Virus record (IMG/VR): IMGVR_UViG_3300032291_003671
DNA from: an uncultured virus (IMG/VR IMGVR_UViG_3300032291_003671)
Taxonomy: Duplodnaviria > Heunggongvirae > Uroviricota > Caudoviricetes
DNA: 56,737 nt
Reading direction: 5' to 3' (one strand)
Below are positions 54,278 to 56,737 of the stretch, in pieces. A program made the position numbers and the translations under genes. The notes under the pieces were generated by a model, which saw only the letters and a program-made list of their open reading frames with translations, was not told where the DNA came from and did no database searches. Each line of letters starts with the position of its first letter. Positions within the stretch are counted from its first letter, which is position 1.

Positions 54278-56737
54278 TTATTTGTTTTTAAGTTTATTTA
54301 TTTCATCGTAAAGTGAATTTATTTGTTCCTGTTGTTCTTGCATTCCTTTTACAATTACTGATACTAATTTTGTATAATTCATACCTTCAATCTCACCATC
54401 ACTATTTTTTGCCACCAAGTTAGGATATACATTTTCCACATAATCAGCAATAAATCCTATATCGTGTTTTTTATCAGATATCCAATCGAATTCAACTGGT
54501 TGTAATTGAAGTACTTTCGAAAGTTGTGATTCCATCGGTACAATATTTTCTTTATATCTTTGTGCTGAAGTTTCAATAAGACATAAAGTAGTAGTACATC
54601 CTGAAGTATTAGTATTTCCAGTAACAGTTAAATTTCCATTTATTACAGCATTACCTGTGAATGGGAATGCAGAAACTCCAGTTAATCCACTACCATTTCC
54701 AACAAAATTTGTTGATGTTGTTGTGCCAGAAACGTTTAGGCTTCCTCCAATAGTGGTAGTTCCTGATATAGTTGTAGTTCCAGTTAATCCTAAATTACCA
54801 GTCGAACATGAATAATCAAAGGTTTTGGTTTCAAAAGTTCCACCACAAGCATATTCTTCGGTACATGATACTCTTGCAGGGTTTCCACCACCAAAAGCGA
54901 GTCCATCACTTAGTGTTCCATCTCCTGCTAAAGAACTTCTTGCAGTTATTAAAGCAGCACCTGCTGACCATGAATTACCATTATATTCTTCGGTACATGA
55001 TACTACAGTATTAGAGAATCCACCAAAAGCAAGTCCTGCATTTTGTTCTCCTGCTCCTGCTAAAAATGTTCTTGCAGTTATTAAAGCTCCACCTGTGGAC
55101 CATGAAGTACCATTATATTCTTCGGTACATGATACTGCGGGAAAACTACCACCGAAAGCAAGTCCAGCATTTTGTGTTCCTGCTCCTCCTGAACAACATT
55201 TTCCTGTTATTAAAGTTCCACCTGCAGACCATGCAGTACCATTATATTCTTCGGTACATAATGAAACACCAGAACCACCACCAAAAGCAAGTCCCTCGTT
55301 TTGTGTTCCTACTCCTGTTAAATTATATCTTGCAGTTGATAAATTACCAGCGGCAGACCATGCAGTACCATTATATTTTTCGGTAGCTGTAAGTATTGCA
55401 GGAGCGGCACCAGTACCTGTCCCACCAAAAGCAAGTCCTGCATTTTGTGTTCCTGCTCCTCCAAAAGAACTTCTTGCATTTATTAAAGCTCCACCCGCGG
55501 ACCATGATGTACCATTATATTCTTCGGTACACGATACTCTTACAGTGGTATATCCACCAAAAGCAAGTCCCTCATTTTGTGTTCCCGCCCCTGCTAAGTC
55601 AAGCCTTGCGGTTATTAAAGCTCCACCTGCGGACCACGCTTTGGTAATAACGCGTGGATATAAAAACTGAATATTACCAGTGTTAGCAGTCACACTTAAA
55701 TTTCCTGCAATTGCCGCAGAACCTGAGAATGGGAATGCAGATATTCCAGTCAATCCACTACCATTTCCAACAAAATTTGTTGATGTTGTTGTGCCAGAAA
55801 CGTTTAGGTTTCCTCCTATAGTGGTAGTTCCTGAAATAGTTGTAGTTCCAGTCAAACTTAATCCACCCGTCGAACATGAATATTCAAATGTTTTTGTGTT
55901 TACTAATGATGGAGAATATTCTTCAGTACAAGATACTATAGATGGTGAACGTCCACCAAAAGCAAGTGTAGAAGTTTGTGTTCCCGCGCCTGCTAAAAAG
56001 CTTCTTGCCGTTATTAAAGCACCACCTGTAGACCATGATGTACCATTATATTCTTCGGTACATGATACTGTAGCTGGTGATACTCCACCAAATGCAAGTC
56101 CCGCATTTTGTGTTCCTGCTCCTGCTAACCTATATCTTGCAGTAGATAAAGCTCCACCTGTGGTCCATGATGTACCATCATATTCTTCGGTACATGATAC
56201 TGTGGGAAAACCACCAAAAGCAAGTCCTGCATTTTGTGTTCCTGCTCCTGCTAATTGACGCCTTGCAGTTATTAAAGCTCCACCCGCGGTCCATGTATTT
56301 GTTGTACCATCATATTCTTCTGTACATGATAATTGTGTAGGTGGTGAACCACCAAAAGCAAGTCCTGCATCTTGTGTTCCTGCTCCTGCTAATTGACGCC
56401 TTGCAGTTATTAAAGCTCCACCCGCGGTCCATGTTGAACCATTATACTCTTCGGTACATGATAACGATGCAGGGAAATTATATCCACCAAAAGCAAGTCC
56501 CGCGTTTTGTGTTCCTGCTCCTCCTAAACCACATCTTGCAGTTATTAAAGCTCCACCTGCGGTCCATGATGAACCATTATATTCTTCAGTACATGATACT
56601 ATTGTAGATACATCATAACCACCAAAAGCAAGTCCTGCATTTTGTGTTCCAGCTCCCGCTAAATTATATCTTGCAGTTGATAAAGCTCCACCTGTGGACC
56701 ATGCTGCAGCACCTGCGGCTGGATAAGAAAACTGAAC
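54278..56737 (-). CDS. Multi-propeller Kelch tail fibre with S74 chaperone; 5' end lies beyond the window end (>819 aa)
   Basis: The frame of ORF 54278..55855 stays open to 56737 (VQFSYPAAGAAAWSTGGALSTARYNL...). Two 6-blade propellers, two stalk repeats, TSAQRYKENI...IGFIAD. Confidence 0.88.
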   Translation of the reverse strand, partial: VQFSYPAAGAAAWSTGGALSTARYNLAGAGTQNAGLAFGGYDVSTIVSCTEEYNGSSWTAGGALITARCGLGGAGTQNAGLAFGGYNFPASLSCTEEYNGSTWTAGGALITARRQLAGAGTQDAGLAFGGSPPTQLSCTEEYDGTTNTWTAGGALITARRQLAGAGTQNAGLAFGGFPTVSCTEEYDGTSWTTGGALSTARYRLAGAGTQNAGLAFGGVSPATVSCTEEYNGTSWSTGGALITARSFLAGAGTQTSTLAFGGRSPSIVSCTEEYSPSLVNTKTFEYSCSTGGLSLTGTTTISGTTTIGGNLNVSGTTTSTNFVGNGSGLTGISAFPFSGSAAIAGNLSVTANTGNIQFLYPRVITKAWSAGGALITARLDLAGAGTQNEGLAFGGYTTVRVSCTEEYNGTSWSAGGALINARSSFGGAGTQNAGLAFGGTGTGAAPAILTATEKYNGTAWSAAGNLSTARYNLTGVGTQNEGLAFGGGSGVSLCTEEYNGTAWSAGGTLITGKCCSGGAGTQNAGLAFGGSFPAVSCTEEYNGTSWSTGGALITARTFLAGAGEQNAGLAFGGFSNTVVSCTEEYNGNSWSAGAALITARSSLAGDGTLSDGLAFGGGNPARVSCTEEYACGGTFETKTFDYSCSTGNLGLTGTTTISGTTTIGGSLNVSGTTTSTNFVGNGSGLTGVSAFPFTGNAVINGNLTVTGNTNTSGCTTTLCLIETSAQRYKENIVPMESQLSKVLQLQPVEFDWISDKKHDIGFIADYVENVYPNLVAKNSDGEIEGMNYTKLVSVIVKGMQEQQEQINSLYDEINKLKNK
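54840..56705 (-). repeat. Twelve ~135-nt Kelch-blade repeats, near-identical in framework to those at 48220-49000
   Basis: Recurring ccaccaaaagcaagtcctgcattttgtgttcc and accattatattcttcggtacatg. Confidence 0.9.

Noticed and set aside
48262..56258. Long plus-strand ORFs (323, 281 and 192 aa) opposite the Kelch genes
   Set aside because: Antisense shadows of repeated blades
48183..56737. Diversity-generating retroelement
   Set aside because: No reverse transcriptase or non-coding template repeat in the window; differences include indels and are not obviously adenine-specific
1..56737. Stop-codon reassignment, tRNA/rRNA genes, introns or inteins
   Set aside because: Genes are intact under the standard code and end in TAA, TAG or TGA; I recognised no cloverleaf, splice or intein motifs by eye, though tRNAscan and Infernal were not run
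1..56737. Eukaryotic giant virus origin, suggested by collagen, Kelch, LRR and DnaJ
   Set aside because: Sigma70, bacterial promoters, intrinsic terminators, amidase, operon overlaps and S74 fibres indicate a bacteriophage

Overview
AT-rich, gene-dense segment of a large tailed dsDNA phage genome. The host is probably Bacteroidota: several TTTG-N19-TAnnTTTG promoters, SprB-like repeats, Gln-after-signal-peptide proteins and a Bacteroidota-type sigma70. Most genes are on the minus strand. In order, the window holds: (i) three tandem collagen-like fibre genes, each ending in an S74 intramolecular chaperone; (ii) thioredoxin, glutaredoxin, an LRR protein, an adenine methyltransferase, DnaJ and an Hc1-like protein; (iii) acidic putative head-internal proteins and a possible lysis cluster; (iv) a phage sigma factor, UV glycosylase, and T5orf172-like and HNH-NUMOD3 endonucleases; (v) an SbcCD, PD-(D/E)XK nuclease, primase and RuvC block; (vi) Cys- and Thr/Pro-rich structural proteins; (vii) a 14-kb island with a four-domain glycosyltransferase (including an Aah/TibC-type O-heptosyltransferase domain), FkbM methyltransferase, sulfotransferase, GT9-like enzyme and five 2OG-Fe(II) oxygenases interleaved with Kelch-propeller fibre genes that have hypervariable loops. 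Best candidates for an undescribed system: this island as a virion-surface modification and diversification module, and a two-class, largely leaderless promoter system. GATC appears to be avoided. Several genes missing from the ORF track were recovered by hand. All family calls come from motif recognition; no searches were run.
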